A model generated the notes under the pieces. The model saw only the letters and a program-made list of their open reading frames with translations. It searched no databases and was not told the origin of the DNA. The position numbers were made by a program, and so were the translations under genes. Of a stretch of DNA of 64,000 nt, positions 62,185-64,000 are shown one piece after another (within the stretch, counting starts at the first letter, position 1; every line of letters begins with the position of its first letter). This stretch comes from Malacoraja senta (lineage: Eukaryota): NCBI GenBank assembly GCA_038087875.1, contig CM075977.1:235414001-235478000 (forward strand), given 5' to 3'.

Positions 62185-64000
62185 TTCAAGATGGCGGTGC
62201 GACCGGTGCTTGCAGCAGCCTCTCTCAGTGAAAATGCAGTGCTTTTGTGTATTATTGGAGCGAGTGGTGTGTCTGCAGAATGTGTGGAAGGAGAGCGTAT
62301 GTATGAGCGACAGTTTCTGTTGGACACTCACAACAAAGTTTCTTGTTACGACAAACGCTTACTGAGCGTATTGAGCGAGCTTGGATTTCTGCGCCGTATA
62401 GGCCCAAGGAAAGCCGCAGCTGCACCTGGAGCAACACTGGTGAGGAATCATCGTAAGCGGTGTAGCAGGATGCGGAAGCGGGGGAAGTGCGGAGGAGTCT
62501 ACGCTAGGCTAATCGCTAATCCATACAAACCAGCAGTGCCTACACTCATGTTGGCAAATGTCCGATCCCTCGACAACAAGATGGATTACATCAGAGTGTG
62601 GAGAGCTTCTCAACGTAGCGTGAGGAACTGCTGTGTCTACGTTCTCACGGAGACCTGGCTGAACCAGAACATCACTGACGCTGCGATCCAGCTGGAGGGG
62701 CTAATGCTACACAGAGCTGACAGAGTAGCTTCGCTAACCGGTAAGTCAAGGGGAGGCGGCCTGGCTGTGTACGTCAACAGATCATGGTGCCGGGATGCCG
62801 TGGTGGTTTCCACTTACTGCTCACCCCACGTAGAGCTAATGACTGTGAAATGCTGACCCTTCTACTTACCGAGGGAGCTGACGGCAGTCTTCATAACGGC
62901 CGTTTATGTACCATCGAGCGCGGACGTGAAGGATGCTATGACAGAGCTCTACAACAACATCAGTGAGCAGCAGAGGGAACATCCCGATGCCTTTTTCATG
63001 GCAGCTGGGGATTTCAACCAGGCAAGTCTCACATCTGTTCTGCCTAAATTCTACCAGCATGTGAATATTGCAACCAGGGGAAAGAACAGACTAGACCTGG
63101 TGTACACAAACATCAAAGTTTCATATAGAGCAGCCCCCCTCCCCCATATCGGCAACTCTGACCACCTGGCGGGTATGCTCACACCTGCATACAGACCTAG
63201 GGTGAAACAGGACAGGCCAATGGTCAGAGAAGTCAGAATATGGCCACAGGGAGCTACCGCAGCACTGCAAGATTGTTTTGAAACCACACAGTGGGCCATT
63301 TTCAGAGAGGCAGCAACATGTGACAGCGGCATTGACCTTCAGGAATATGCAGAGTCTGTCATTGGCTATATTAATAAATGCATTGATGATGTGACTGTGA
63401 TAAAAACTGTCAAGAGGCATGCCAATCAGAAACCTTGACTAACTGGGGAAGTTTGTTCTTTGCTGAGAGTCCAAAATGCTGCATTCAAATCTGGGGACAA
63501 CGCAGCATACAAATTGGCACGGAGTAATCTGTCCCGGGGATCAGGGAAGCGAAGAGGCGGTATGCACAAAAACTAAACAGCCACTCCACAGAGGACGCAG
63601 TCTCTACAACACTCAACCTCGCACTATCACATCTCGACCGGAAGAACACCTATGCCAGGATCCTCTTCGTAGACTTCAGCTCAGCTTTTAATACAATCGT
63701 CCCATAGCAGCTGGTGGAGAAGCTGAAGCTGTTGAAGGTGGACACTGGCACTTGTAACTGGGTCCTTAATTTTTTGATTAAGCGGCAGCAGACAGTCAGG
63801 GTGGGCAGCCAGACATCAAGAACCATCTCAGTGAGCACTGGCTCACCCCAAGGCTGTGTCCTAAGCCCCCTGCTGTTCAGTCTGCTTACTCATGACTGTA
63901 CTGCCAGACTCAGCAATAATTATATCAATAAGTTCGCTGATGACACAACAGTGGTGGGTCTCATCAGCGACAACAATGAGTCGGCATACAGGATGGAGGT
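62185..64000 (+). mobile_element. Rex1/Babar (L2-group) LINE with intact-looking 5' end; APE plus RT ORF disrupted by stops, a frameshift and an internal deletion; runs off the window
   Basis: Begins CAAGATGGCGGTG. APE motifs LANVRSLDNKMD, LTETWL, AGDFN, LDLVY, GNSDH; RT motifs [36 protein letters not shown]. Premature stops at 62854, 63436 and about 63705. Confidence 0.9.

Overview
Repeat-rich vertebrate genomic DNA, most likely from a cartilaginous fish (skate/ray-like, judged from HE1-type SINEs, CR1/HER1-type LINEs and Penelope-like remnants). Two host genes converge tail-to-tail. (1) On +, the last 14 exons (5975-44870) of an Hsp110-family chaperone that best matches HSPA4L (APG-1). All GT-AG junctions join in frame, the protein ends ...EMEVD*, and the 5' exons lie upstream of the window. 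(2) On -, the last 7 exons (59194-47192) of a WD40-repeat gene resembling WDR95. The ORF track largely misses both genes, so I reconstructed them by hand from splice sites. Most long ORFs in the track are fragments of decayed transposons: CR1, Rex1/L2-like, RTE, Penelope-like, Tc1, Harbinger- and pogo-like MITEs, and a solo LTR. The main observations are a probable retained WDR95 paralogue beside HSPA4L, palindromic Penelope-derived inserts carrying hammerhead-ribozyme-like cores, a Tc1 interrupted by CR1s at two catalytic motifs, a young inverted CR1 pair around exons 11-14, a locally templated intronic duplication, and a foldback hairpin. Exon numbers are borrowed from the mammalian 19-exon structure. 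Repeat boundaries are approximate unless a target-site duplication (TSD) is quoted. No database searches were run.
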